64,000 nt of DNA from Minisyncoccota bacterium (GCA_035548315.1 DASZTF010000044.1:31484-95483); one strand, 5' to 3'; shown: positions 25,427 to 34,924, counted from the stretch's first letter. Numbers and translations: made by a program. Notes: generated by a model not told the origin, from the letters alone.

Positions 25427-25732
25427 ATGGAACAAGACTACGCATTCCTCGATTTTGTCGTCAAAGCCCTCGTGGATAATCCCGATGCTGTCGTCATTAC
25501 CCGTACCGTCGATGAGATGGGCGTGCTCCTCACGCTCACTGTGCACGCCGACGACATGGGCAAGATCATCGGTAAGGACGGCAATACGGCGAAGTCGTTG
25601 CGCACCCTCCTGCGCGTGGTCGGTATGAAGCACAACGCGCGCGTGAACCTCAAGATCAACGAGCCGCAGGGCGGCAAGCGCGACGTTTCTGGTAAAACCG
25701 TCGACCAAGTGGTTGACGAGGTGGGGATATAG
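25427..25732 (+). CDS. KH-domain RNA-binding protein (YlqC/UPF0109 family)
   Basis: The GKIIGKDGNTAKSLRTLL motif is the KH GxxG loop. Sits in the position of ylqC in the rpsP-ylqC-rimM-trmD cluster. Confidence 0.85.
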   Translation: MEQDYAFLDFVVKALVDNPDAVVITRTVDEMGVLLTLTVHADDMGKIIGKDGNTAKSLRTLLRVVGMKHNARVNLKINEPQGGKRDVSGKTVDQVVDEVGI

Positions 25733-25762
25733 CCCCTTGGCGTACGGTGCTACACTATCCCC

Positions 25763-28700
25763 ATGAAGAAATGGGGGCTGGCGTTTGCCGTGCTCAGTAT
25801 TGTGCTTACCCCACACGTGGCGTCAGCTACCTCCATTGCTGACCTCCAGGCAGAAGTACTCCGCCTCGTCCAACTCGTTCAGTCATTAGAAGCTGAACTC
25901 GCAGCCCGTGGCACTACCACCACATCAAGCTGTCCAGCACTCACGAGAGACCTCACTCTTAATGCCACTGGCCCCGACGTAACAGCGCTCCAATCTTGGC
26001 TCATGAGCCAGGGCTACACCATATCAGCGGGTGCAACGGGATACTTCGGTCCCCAAACCCAGACCGCCCTCAGTGCCTACCAATCAGTACATCTCATCTT
26101 TCCGGCAGTCGGTTATCTTGGTCCCCTGACTCGTTCTTCCATTGGTACGGTCTGCACTCAAACTACTACCACTACCTCCACAACAACCACTATCTCAGCA
26201 GGCGGTGGCGGGGGCAGCCGCAATAATGGCGGAGGCGGAGGCGGCGGAGGAGGAGGAGGCGGCGGAGGTGGGGGAGGTGGTGACACCACCGCGCCAACGG
26301 TTTCAATGACCGCGCCTTCGGACGGGAGTACGGTTACCGGCGCTTCAGTTGCGGTTTCTGCTACTGCGTCTGACGATACTGCCGTTATAGGGGTTCAGTT
26401 CAAGCTCGATGGCTCTTCACTCGGTTCGGAAGACACGTCCGATCCCTATGTTCTCAGTTGGGATAGCACCGGCGTTTCTGACGGTTCTCACACGCTTACA
26501 GCGGTAGCTCGCGACGCTGCCGGCAACACCACTACTGCAACTTCAGTAACCGTGACCGTGGACAATGCAGGACCTGTACTTTCGGCTATAGCATCTACGA
26601 CGGACACCACGGTTGCTACGACTACATGGACGACCGACGAATCTTCGGATTCAAAGGTCGTATACGGTACAACCAGTTCGTACGGCACGACAGTTTTCAA
26701 TGCGTCACGAGTAACTAGTCATGAGCTAGTGCTATCAGGCCTTGCATCGAATACCACTTATCATTTTGCGGTGGTGTCGGCGGATGCGAGCGGTAATACG
26801 TCAACGTCAAGCGACAAGACATTCACCACCCAGGCAGGATCGCAAACAGTCGTTTATATCACTTCTGGCTCTACGTGGACAGTTCCCGCCGACTGGAACA
26901 GCTCAAACAACACCATAGAAGTAATAGGCGGCGGAGCAGGCGCTGCGGGCTACGCGAGTGGTAATGCGCCGGTTGGCGGTGGCGGTGGCGCGTACTCAAA
27001 AATTGTGAACACGAACCTTACACCAAGCGCGACGATTGGCATCCACATCGGCGTCGGCGGCGTTGCAAGCACGTCTGGCGGAGATACCTATCTGTGCAAT
27101 GCGACGAGCAACTGCGGTTCGCTGCTTGGTTCCGCGGTCATTGTAGGAGCGCAGGGCGGCCAGCGCGGAGTCGCAACGGGCACACCTTCGGGAGGGCAGG
27201 GCGGAGCCGCGTCGGCTGGAATCGGCACCACAAAATATTCTGGCGGGAACGGCGGCATCCCGCAGAGCGGCACCGTTATTTCTGGCGTCGGCGGCGGAGG
27301 TGCCGCAGGGCCAAACGGAAATGGTGCTGCGGGAGGCGCAACTACCGGGTCGAGCAATTTCACGTGGGGTGGTTCTGGTGGAGGCGGTTCTGGTGGAGGC
27401 ACTGCAGGAGCAAACGCCACAAGTACGGCGGGCGTGGGCGCAAACGGGGGCGATAATTCAAACGGTGTGGGCCATGGTGTTGGTGCGGTTAATGCAAGCG
27501 CGGGTGGGAATGGCACGGGAGGAACCGCAGGCGGTGGTGGTGGGGCGGGAGGGAATCCCGGGTTCAGCACGGACAATGCAGGTTCGGGTGGCGCAGGCGG
27601 CGCAGGCACGGAATGGGATGCAACGCACGGCGCAGGCGGCGGTGGCGGCGGTTCAGGCGCCTGCCAAGTCGGCGCGACTGTGGGTACGGGAGGAAATGGT
27701 GGACTGTATGGCGGTGGCGGTGGCGGTGGTTGCGGAACCGCAGGCGTTGGAGCACAAGGTGTCATCGTGGTCACGTATGGCGGGTCGTCTGATACCACGG
27801 CTCCAGTCATTTCATCTATCTCGTCCGGCACGCCCAGCTCCTCCGGCGCTACCATAACCTGGACGACCAATGAGAACGCGACTTCGCAAGTCGAATACGG
27901 TCTTACTTCTTCCTACACCGCTACGACCACCCTCGATTCAACGCTCACCACCAGCCATTCGGTGACGTTGTCTGGGCTTTCCTCGGGGACGACGTATCAC
28001 TATCGCGTGCGGTCAAGCGATGCGTCGGGAAATCTCGCCACCTCGTCCGATCAAACGTTCACGACGGCGTCTGGACTCGATGACGGGCTTTCCGGTGCGC
28101 CGAGCGCAACCATCCAGCACCCAACCCTCCTCGATAGCTATACGAAGAAACCAGATTGGAACGTTGCCGGCGTAGATTATGCGGTCGGTATCCCAAGCGC
28201 CGTTACGCTTGCCGACTGGACCACGTATTCGCATAGCGGCTGCACGGTCGATAGCGTCACTAACCATTGGATTCGTTGCGACAATCAAACCGGACTTGTC
28301 TTCGACGGTCTCGACTTTACGTTGCACGGCGGGGCAACGCTCTATCTCGTCAATGATACAAACACCACGGTGCAGAATTCAAAATTTGGCGTACCACACT
28401 CGCCGAACTCCTATTCGATTCAGATGACCGGCACTTCCGAGGACATGACTATGAAATACAACTACTTTGACACTGGCGGAACCGCGTCGGCGATCCGAGC
28501 TCACTGCGGCACCATCGTGTTTGAATACAATTACGTCATCCATCAGCAGCAGCAAGTAATCCAGGTTGGCGCTAACACCGGAGAATCGTGCAACGCGGCC
28601 CTCACGTATAAATACAATTTCATCGACGATGCGAATATCGCATCTGGTTCGCACATGAATTACCAGCAGCTTCAGCTGAATACGCTCACGCTAGACGATG

Positions 28701-29032
28701 AGTTCAATACTACCTATCAGACGTCGCTCGGCGGAGCGGAAGGATTCCAGTATTACTGCGTAGGCACGTGCACGCTGCCGTCGCCTATCTTTGCGTATAA
28801 CACTATGATCGCACTCACAAACGGCGGCACGCGCACTATGTCGTACCTTGCTCATGGCAGTAGCGTTGACTCAAATGGGCACACGACAGCTACGGGTTCG
28901 CCTACAGGCCACGACAACTACTTTGACATCACGGGAGCCGTCGGAGCGCTCTACCCAGCAAGTTTCAACGGGTGGACGCTTTCAAACAACTACAACATGG
29001 TAACGGGAGCCGCGTTCTCAAACAATCCATGA
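25763..29032 (+). CDS. Large secreted multidomain protein: signal peptide, PG_binding_1-like domain, poly-Gly linker, Ig-like domain, Fn3-like domain, ~300-aa glycine-rich (GGxGG) domain, second Fn3-like domain, C-terminal parallel beta-helix-like domain
   Basis: Signal peptide MKKWGLAFAVLSIVLTPHVASA. The PG-binding-like segment is ATGPDVTALQSWLMSQGYTISAGATGYFGPQTQTALSAYQ. The Ig-like segment TTAPTVSMTAPSDGSTVTG...VQFKLDGSSLG...HTLTAVARDAAGN follows. Two Fn3-like stretches are present (TWTTDE..SKVVYG...YHFAVVSADASGN and TWTTNENATSQVEYG...YHYRVRSSDASGN). The Gly-rich block begins TWTVPADWNSSNNTIEVIGGGAGAAG. The C-terminus carries repeated NYFD/NYV/YKYNF beta-helix-like rungs. Confidence 0.8.
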   Translation: MKKWGLAFAVLSIVLTPHVASATSIADLQAEVLRLVQLVQSLEAELAARGTTTTSSCPALTRDLTLNATGPDVTALQSWLMSQGYTISAGATGYFGPQTQTALSAYQSVHLIFPAVGYLGPLTRSSIGTVCTQTTTTTSTTTTISAGGGGGSRNNGGGGGGGGGGGGGGGGGGDTTAPTVSMTAPSDGSTVTGASVAVSATASDDTAVIGVQFKLDGSSLGSEDTSDPYVLSWDSTGVSDGSHTLTAVARDAAGNTTTATSVTVTVDNAGPVLSAIASTTDTTVATTTWTTDESSDSKVVYGTTSSYGTTVFNASRVTSHELVLSGLASNTTYHFAVVSADASGNTSTSSDKTFTTQAGSQTVVYITSGSTWTVPADWNSSNNTIEVIGGGAGAAGYASGNAPVGGGGGAYSKIVNTNLTPSATIGIHIGVGGVASTSGGDTYLCNATSNCGSLLGSAVIVGAQGGQRGVATGTPSGGQGGAASAGIGTTKYSGGNGGIPQSGTVISGVGGGGAAGPNGNGAAGGATTGSSNFTWGGSGGGGSGGGTAGANATSTAGVGANGGDNSNGVGHGVGAVNASAGGNGTGGTAGGGGGAGGNPGFSTDNAGSGGAGGAGTEWDATHGAGGGGGGSGACQVGATVGTGGNGGLYGGGGGGGCGTAGVGAQGVIVVTYGGSSDTTAPVISSISSGTPSSSGATITWTTNENATSQVEYGLTSSYTATTTLDSTLTTSHSVTLSGLSSGTTYHYRVRSSDASGNLATSSDQTFTTASGLDDGLSGAPSATIQHPTLLDSYTKKPDWNVAGVDYAVGIPSAVTLADWTTYSHSGCTVDSVTNHWIRCDNQTGLVFDGLDFTLHGGATLYLVNDTNTTVQNSKFGVPHSPNSYSIQMTGTSEDMTMKYNYFDTGGTASAIRAHCGTIVFEYNYVIHQQQQVIQVGANTGESCNAALTYKYNFIDDANIASGSHMNYQQLQLNTLTLDDEFNTTYQTSLGGAEGFQYYCVGTCTLPSPIFAYNTMIALTNGGTRTMSYLAHGSSVDSNGHTTATGSPTGHDNYFDITGAVGALYPASFNGWTLSNNYNMVTGAAFSNNP

Positions 29033-29054
29033 GAAGCGCTACGCGGATGGTAGT

Positions 29055-32000
29055 ATGAAAAGCATGATGCGCCGACGAAGTGTCATAGTTGCCATAACGA
29101 CGTTGGTCGGTCTTTTTTCACTGCAGCCCTTTCTGGCATCGGCGGCGACGTATACCCGAACGCTTGCAGTTGGCTCAAGTGGTTCCGACGTCGCTGCACT
29201 CCAGACATTCCTTGAGTCCAAGGGGTTTTACACATACCCTTCAATCACTGGCTATTTTGGAGCGGTGACTGAATCGGCACTCAAGGCATTCCAATCCTCG
29301 GTCGGGCTTGAGCCGGTGGGAGAGGTGGGGCCAAAAACGCAAGCAATTCTGAACGGCTCAACCTATACAGAGTCGACCGGAGCCCCATCAAACCTCCCCG
29401 CCTCTTTCACCCGCGACCTAGATGCAGGCACGTCAGGCAGCGACGTCACGGCGCTCCAGAGATGGCTCATTGCTCAGGGGTACACCATTCCTGCAGGAGC
29501 AACCGGATACTACGGTTCTCAAACCAAGGCGGCCGTGGCAGCATACCAGGCAGCGCACGGAATCACGCCTCCGGCGGGACGCTTCGGTCCTGCAACCCGC
29601 GCAAGCATATCGCTTGGCATGGCTGCGGGCACGACCGCGCCGCCCGACCAGATCGCTGTTGGACCAGACACCTACCTTGTTCCCGGAGTGCACCTGTCTG
29701 GAGGCACTCCCCGGCATCCTGAAACCCATACCGGAGGCACGAGCGACACCACGCCGCCAGTTCGCTCAGGCGGCGCTCCCTCAGGCACCCTTGCACTCAA
29801 CACCACAAGCACCACCATCTCACTTGATACCGACGAGTCTGCAACCTGCGCACATGCGACATCCCCGGGCACAGCGTACGGCTCCATGACCTCGTTCGAC
29901 ACCACCGGCGGCACCACGCACTCCTCCACGGTCTCGGGACTCACTAACGGCGGCAGTTATGTGTACTACGTCAAATGCGAAGATGCCGCCGGCAATATCA
30001 ACGCCGACGACTACACCATTTCATTCACCGTTGCCGCGGACACTACGTCGCCGTCGGTGACTCTCGATGCTCCCGCAAACAACGCAACTGTCTCAGGATC
30101 CGTCGCGCTGTCGGCTACTGCAAGCGATGACGTCTCTGTATCAGGCGTCCAGTTCAAACTCGACACCAACACCCTCATTGGGGCAGAGGACACGTCCTCT
30201 CCGTACACGGGCACGTGGGACTCGACGGGGGTCGCTGACGGGTCGCACACACTCGTGGCTGTGGCGCGCGACGGAAGCGGGAACTACGCTACGTCGAGCG
30301 TCGCTACCGTGACCGTCGACAACACCGCTCCTGTGCTCTCCTCCATCTCTTCTGGAACACCGGGCGCTTCAAGCGCGACGATCACGTGGAGTACGGATGA
30401 GGGTGCGTCGTCAACCGTGAACTACGGCCTCACGAGCAGCTATGGCACTGCCTCAACTAGCGACGCGCTTACAACCTCGCACTCGATCACTGTGACGGGA
30501 TTATCAGAAGGTACCACCTATCATTTCCAAGTGGCGTCTGCTGATTCGCAGGGTAATGTCGCAACCTCAAGCGACCAGACGTTCACTACCGGGTCAAGCT
30601 ACGCTCCTCTCGGTCTCACCTTTCTTCCATATAACGGTCTTGGTACGAACAGCGCCCTTGGCGTCACCAACAGCACTGCGCTCACGTACTCATTCTGGCT
30701 CATGGGAACATATAACAACGCGAACCCGACAACGATGGTGGGAACAGAAACATGGGGAGACCCCGGTACTTTCTGTGAGGTCACGGGCGGGACGGCTCCT
30801 GGCATCTGCAACTCTGTTGACACCACAAGTGGCCGGTTCCAGCTCAACTTCAATGACAGTACAGGTACCGTAAACGCAAGCAATGCCGTTAAGTTCATAG
30901 GGCAAGCGGGATCGAATGGTACGTGGCACCACTATCTCGTTAGCTTTGACACACATACGCAGAATTCAGCGCTTTACATAGATGGCGTCGACTCAGGAGT
31001 CCATGCGAACCCCATTCCGGCGGATTTGCTTCCGGATCTGAACAATTCTCACGGATTCCATTTAGGGGGTAAAACAACGGCCCAGCCTGCAGTTTCCCTC
31101 CAATACCAGGCTGAAATAGTTGCGGCTGAAACCAGCATTGTATGTACGGGCGCAGGCACGCCTACTACGATGAATGGTATTAGCGTAACCTGTAGCGCAG
31201 CCAACACCATACCGCCGGAAATACTCAGCAAGTTCATAGCCGATGGAAAGCCACTCGACCTCGGATCGTCATGTCAAAATCCGTTTGGCGGCCGTTCTTC
31301 CGAGGTTTGTGTGCGGGGCAGCAATACTTCTAATTCTGGTACGGGTGGCGCTCTCAGTCCACAGGTGTTCTCCACGGCTTCTTATGGTGGAGTGTATGCG
31401 GCTCCGTATGGGCCTGCAGGCATCCCCGCACATCAAGCAACTATGAAGTGGCTTCAGGCAAAAAACGGCGCCACGGTTACAAGCAATAGCATGACGACCA
31501 ACGCTGCATCGAACCCCATTTCAGTCGGCGATCTAATCGTGATTGTGGCGGGTATAAGCAATAGCTCCGGTAATACAAATTACGCTATGACCTGTCCGTC
31601 TGGGTTTAGCCAGATCGGTCCGGTGAACGACACCTTTGAGAGTGTTAACAGCGAGGCCTGCTACAAAATCCTTACCGGTGGTGATACGAGCGGTGCCTAT
31701 ACAATTACTTGGAATAGCGGCGGCGCTGCACGAACTCATGATTGGGTTATGGCCGATTACGGCAACGTCGCATCTGTGGATCAGACAGGATCTCTCTATA
31801 ACGGTGCTACCGTCACCACCTCGCATAAAACTGCTTCCGGTCTCACGACAACTTCGGCCAACGAGACAGTTGTTTCGGCCTGGGTGGATTGGAATGCAGC
31901 GGTCAATACGCCGTTCACTCCTCCTGGCACAGGGACGCTCCGCTACCGGCTGTCTGACGTCGGGTCTCCGTTGCAGATGATGCTCGTGGATGAATACTCA

Positions 32001-32090
32001 GTTGCAAACGGTAGCAATCCGCAGCGCACCATGACGACCGGGTCCGCAGTTACCTCAGCGGGCTTTACCCTCACGCTCGTCCCAAACTAA
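29055..32090 (+). CDS. Large secreted multidomain protein: signal peptide, two PG_binding_1-like domains, Ig-like, Fn3-like, LamG/ConA-like lectin domain, Cys-rich linker, unassigned ~250-aa C-terminal domain
   Basis: Signal peptide MKSMMRRRSVIVAITTLVGLFSLQPFLASA. Two PG-binding-like blocks are present (SGSDVAALQTFLESKGFY... and SGSDVTALQRWLIAQGYTIPAGATGYYGSQTKAAVAAYQ). Ig-like and Fn3-like segments parallel those of the upstream paralogue. The LamG-like signature is WHHYLVSFDTHTQNSALYIDGV. The protein ends ...GFTLTLVPN. Confidence 0.8.
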   Translation: MKSMMRRRSVIVAITTLVGLFSLQPFLASAATYTRTLAVGSSGSDVAALQTFLESKGFYTYPSITGYFGAVTESALKAFQSSVGLEPVGEVGPKTQAILNGSTYTESTGAPSNLPASFTRDLDAGTSGSDVTALQRWLIAQGYTIPAGATGYYGSQTKAAVAAYQAAHGITPPAGRFGPATRASISLGMAAGTTAPPDQIAVGPDTYLVPGVHLSGGTPRHPETHTGGTSDTTPPVRSGGAPSGTLALNTTSTTISLDTDESATCAHATSPGTAYGSMTSFDTTGGTTHSSTVSGLTNGGSYVYYVKCEDAAGNINADDYTISFTVAADTTSPSVTLDAPANNATVSGSVALSATASDDVSVSGVQFKLDTNTLIGAEDTSSPYTGTWDSTGVADGSHTLVAVARDGSGNYATSSVATVTVDNTAPVLSSISSGTPGASSATITWSTDEGASSTVNYGLTSSYGTASTSDALTTSHSITVTGLSEGTTYHFQVASADSQGNVATSSDQTFTTGSSYAPLGLTFLPYNGLGTNSALGVTNSTALTYSFWLMGTYNNANPTTMVGTETWGDPGTFCEVTGGTAPGICNSVDTTSGRFQLNFNDSTGTVNASNAVKFIGQAGSNGTWHHYLVSFDTHTQNSALYIDGVDSGVHANPIPADLLPDLNNSHGFHLGGKTTAQPAVSLQYQAEIVAAETSIVCTGAGTPTTMNGISVTCSAANTIPPEILSKFIADGKPLDLGSSCQNPFGGRSSEVCVRGSNTSNSGTGGALSPQVFSTASYGGVYAAPYGPAGIPAHQATMKWLQAKNGATVTSNSMTTNAASNPISVGDLIVIVAGISNSSGNTNYAMTCPSGFSQIGPVNDTFESVNSEACYKILTGGDTSGAYTITWNSGGAARTHDWVMADYGNVASVDQTGSLYNGATVTTSHKTASGLTTTSANETVVSAWVDWNAAVNTPFTPPGTGTLRYRLSDVGSPLQMMLVDEYSVANGSNPQRTMTTGSAVTSAGFTLTLVPN

Positions 32091-32162
32091 CTTGATCGCC
32101 TCGGGTTATCCCCACCCGGTAACTCGTCTTTTGAGAGACCCGGCAGGGTAGACTGTGGGCAT

Positions 32163-33800
32163 ATGCATATAAGACGCTTCGCATTCGGCATTCCCGTGCT
32201 TGTGCTCGGGCTTTTCTTTACTCTAAGTCCTGCAGCGCACGCGACGTATAAGCCAGCGGGTATTGAGTTCTTGCCGTTCATGGGCTTCGGTACTGGCAGC
32301 GCTACACCGCTTGGCGTCACCAACACCAAAACGCTCACGTATTCGTTCTGGCTCATGGGTACTGCTGACGAGGATGCTCATTACTCGCTTCAAGGCAACC
32401 AGTTCTTGAGCGATCCGAGTAGTGATTGCGAGGTTACGTCGGGACACCCATCCCCGGGGCTGTGTGGATCAGTTGATGATCCATATGGCCGTTTCCAAAT
32501 GAGCTTTAATGACTCGACCGGAACGGTGTCGGGAACAGACGACATCAAATTCCAAGCACAAGCAGGCAGCAATGCCGTGTGGCATCACTATCTCGTGAGC
32601 ATGGACAGTGCGAACCAGGTTGGTGCGCTCTATATCGACGGTTCGCTCTACACCGCGCGCGGGAATCCGCTCATATCTGCGAATGCCATTCCAGACCTCA
32701 ACAACGCCAATGGATTCCATATCCCGGGTTCTGGTCGGTTGATACAATACGAAGCAGACATTGTCGCAGCTGAAACAAGTGTGGTGTGTACGGGCACCGG
32801 TACGCCAGCATCGATGAACGGCATCGCCGTGACGTGTGCGGCACCGAACACCATCCCGCCCGAAATCGTTTCCAAATTCATCAATGGTTCTGGTAAACCG
32901 GTTGACCTCGGCACCGGCTGCGCCAATCCCTTTGGGGGACGGCAGTCAGAGGTATGTGTCGCTGGCAGCACGATCGGGAATACAGGGAGCGGACACTCGA
33001 TGGCAAGCGAGTTGTGGGGTCTAAGCGGTCTTGGTGGCGCGGGCACTCCGGATTACGGCGGGGTATTCACCGCGCCTTTTGGCCCGTGGGGCATTCCCGA
33101 TCATCAGGCCACGATGCGGTGGGTTCAAGAACAGAATCCTGCGGATGTAGTAACTTCAAATGGTTTCCCGGGAGCGTTAAACAAGGACTACATGACGACG
33201 TACGCCGCTTCTAATCCCATCGCGGTCGGAGATCTTATCGTGATTCTGGGGGGTATAAGTTCGAACTATACTATTAACGACGCACACATGATCTGCCCAA
33301 GTGGCTTCACGACCGTCGGACCGGTTGTGGATTCGGGCTATCCGGCGGGAGAAACAAACAGCATACTCTGCTATAAGTTTGCGACTTCCGCGGACGCGAG
33401 CGGCACGGGCGCATACAACATTTACTGGGATATCGGCAAGGCTGACCGCATGCACGACTGGCTCATGGCTGATTACACAAACGTAGCATCGGTCGATAAG
33501 AGTGGCAGCAACTACAATAGAAATGTTACCTCCCACCAGACTGCTTCTGGTCTCACCACTACATCAGGGAACGAGACGGTGGTGTCGGCGTGGGCGAACT
33601 GGAATGCGGCGGTCAATCAGTTCATCGAGCCGAGCACCGGTACACTCCGATTCCGTCTTCCTGACAATATTGCTTCCCCGATGCAGCTCATGCTGGTGGA
33701 TGAATATGGGGTCAGCAAAGGCAGCAATCCGCAGCGCACGATGACCACGGCATCTGCCGACTCGTCCGCAGGGTACACACTCACGCTCGTCCCGAACTAG
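32163..33800 (+). CDS. Secreted protein paralogous to the C-terminal half of the preceding gene (LamG-like + Cys-rich linker + same unassigned C-terminal domain)
   Basis: Signal peptide MHIRRFAFGIPVLVLGLFFTLSPAAHA. Collinear similarity to residues ~515-1011 of the upstream protein (TYSFWLMGT, WHHYLVS.D, ALYIDG, ADY.NVASVD, NETVVSAW, SNPQRTMTT, TLTLVPN). Confidence 0.8.
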   Translation: MHIRRFAFGIPVLVLGLFFTLSPAAHATYKPAGIEFLPFMGFGTGSATPLGVTNTKTLTYSFWLMGTADEDAHYSLQGNQFLSDPSSDCEVTSGHPSPGLCGSVDDPYGRFQMSFNDSTGTVSGTDDIKFQAQAGSNAVWHHYLVSMDSANQVGALYIDGSLYTARGNPLISANAIPDLNNANGFHIPGSGRLIQYEADIVAAETSVVCTGTGTPASMNGIAVTCAAPNTIPPEIVSKFINGSGKPVDLGTGCANPFGGRQSEVCVAGSTIGNTGSGHSMASELWGLSGLGGAGTPDYGGVFTAPFGPWGIPDHQATMRWVQEQNPADVVTSNGFPGALNKDYMTTYAASNPIAVGDLIVILGGISSNYTINDAHMICPSGFTTVGPVVDSGYPAGETNSILCYKFATSADASGTGAYNIYWDIGKADRMHDWLMADYTNVASVDKSGSNYNRNVTSHQTASGLTTTSGNETVVSAWANWNAAVNQFIEPSTGTLRFRLPDNIASPMQLMLVDEYGVSKGSNPQRTMTTASADSSAGYTLTLVPN

Positions 33801-33821
33801 CATCAGGGTAGCGTGTGCGCT

Positions 33822-33858
33822 AGAGTGACGAGATGGTGAAATTCCATCTCGTCACTCT
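33822..33858 (+). promoter_or_regulatory. Perfect 15-bp hairpin (agagtgacgagATGg / ccatctcgtcactct, 7-nt loop) enclosing the trmD start codon
   Basis: Direct reading; the ATG at 33833-33835 lies inside the 5' arm. Confidence 0.6.
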
Positions 33859-34486
33859 CTTTAAAGAAGCCTGCGAGCCGTATCTCTCGGCGTCTATTTT
33901 GGGTCGCGCACGCGAGAAGAAGCTCATCTCGGTAGACTACTCGAATCCGCGCGACTTTGTCGATAACAAATGGGGCAAAGTCGACGAACGCCCCTACGGC
34001 GGCGGTCCTGGTATGGTGATGCAAGCAATGCCGGTGGTGAAAGCGACTAAGAAAGCGCTTGGCAAGAAGAAGGGCAAGAAGGTAATTGTATGGTTTACGC
34101 CCGGCGCAAGGCAGTTTGATAATAAAGAAGCCGACAAGCTCGCGAAGTATGACGACATCGTGCTTGTCTGTGGCCGCTATGAGGGCATCGACGAGCGCGC
34201 ACTCACTATTTTGAAGAAAGTCGCGCCGGTGAAAGTCTACGCAGTGGGTGACGCCGTCTACACCGGCGGGGAAGTGCCCGCGATGGCGATGATCGACGCG
34301 ATCGCCCGCCGCATCCCGGGCGTGCTCGGCAAGTTCGACTCCGTAGAAGAAAATCGCGTGGCAAGCCGCGCGGTCTACACGCGCCCCGAGACTATTACGT
34401 ACAAAAAGAAGAACTACCGCGTCCCCAAAGTCCTGCAGACCGGCCATCACGCCAATATCGACGCCTGGAAGAGTAAGAAACAGTAG
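33833..34486 (+). CDS. trmD: tRNA (guanine37-N1)-methyltransferase
   Basis: SPOUT-fold motifs: ERPYGGGPGMVM, LVCGRYEGIDER and a C-terminal GGEVPAMAMIDAIARRIPGVLG. Confidence 0.9.
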   Translation: MVKFHLVTLFKEACEPYLSASILGRAREKKLISVDYSNPRDFVDNKWGKVDERPYGGGPGMVMQAMPVVKATKKALGKKKGKKVIVWFTPGARQFDNKEADKLAKYDDIVLVCGRYEGIDERALTILKKVAPVKVYAVGDAVYTGGEVPAMAMIDAIARRIPGVLGKFDSVEENRVASRAVYTRPETITYKKKNYRVPKVLQTGHHANIDAWKSKKQ

Positions 34487-34548
34487 ATACTTGCATAAAG
34501 TAGCGAATTGTTGTATTGTTTTATCCTGTTCATTTGATGGAGGTGGCT

Positions 34549-34902
34549 ATGCCACAGAACTGGGTCGCTCGTGACCCGAAGATGATTCCTGACGACCTGT
34601 TGGTCAGGCTGCTTGATGCGCTTCAGGAGGTGGAGTCCCAAGCGCTCGGAACTCGGAATTATTCGATCAGGAAGGATGACGTGCTGGTCGACGTCCATAA
34701 TTTCGGTAGATTCGACCGGCATAAGCGTGATTTGCAGATCACGATTCTGGCTCACCCTGATTCGGCTCGAAAGGAAAATCTGGACGAACGCAATGACAAA
34801 ATTGTCCGGGCGCTTCAGCCTTTGATGCCACACGGCACCACCGGCTTCATCTGGATCCATATCGGCACGGACTCATCTCTCAAGGTCTTTGCGGGTAAGT
34901 AA
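34549..34902 (+). CDS. Hypothetical protein
   Basis: GGAGGTG RBS 5 nt upstream of the ATG at 34549. GC content and codon usage lower than neighbours. Hairpin plus ttttgtt follows. Sits where rplS would be expected. Confidence 0.4.
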   Translation: MPQNWVARDPKMIPDDLLVRLLDALQEVESQALGTRNYSIRKDDVLVDVHNFGRFDRHKRDLQITILAHPDSARKENLDERNDKIVRALQPLMPHGTTGFIWIHIGTDSSLKVFAGK

Positions 34903-34924
34903 GTTGCGTCACATGAATGCGAAC

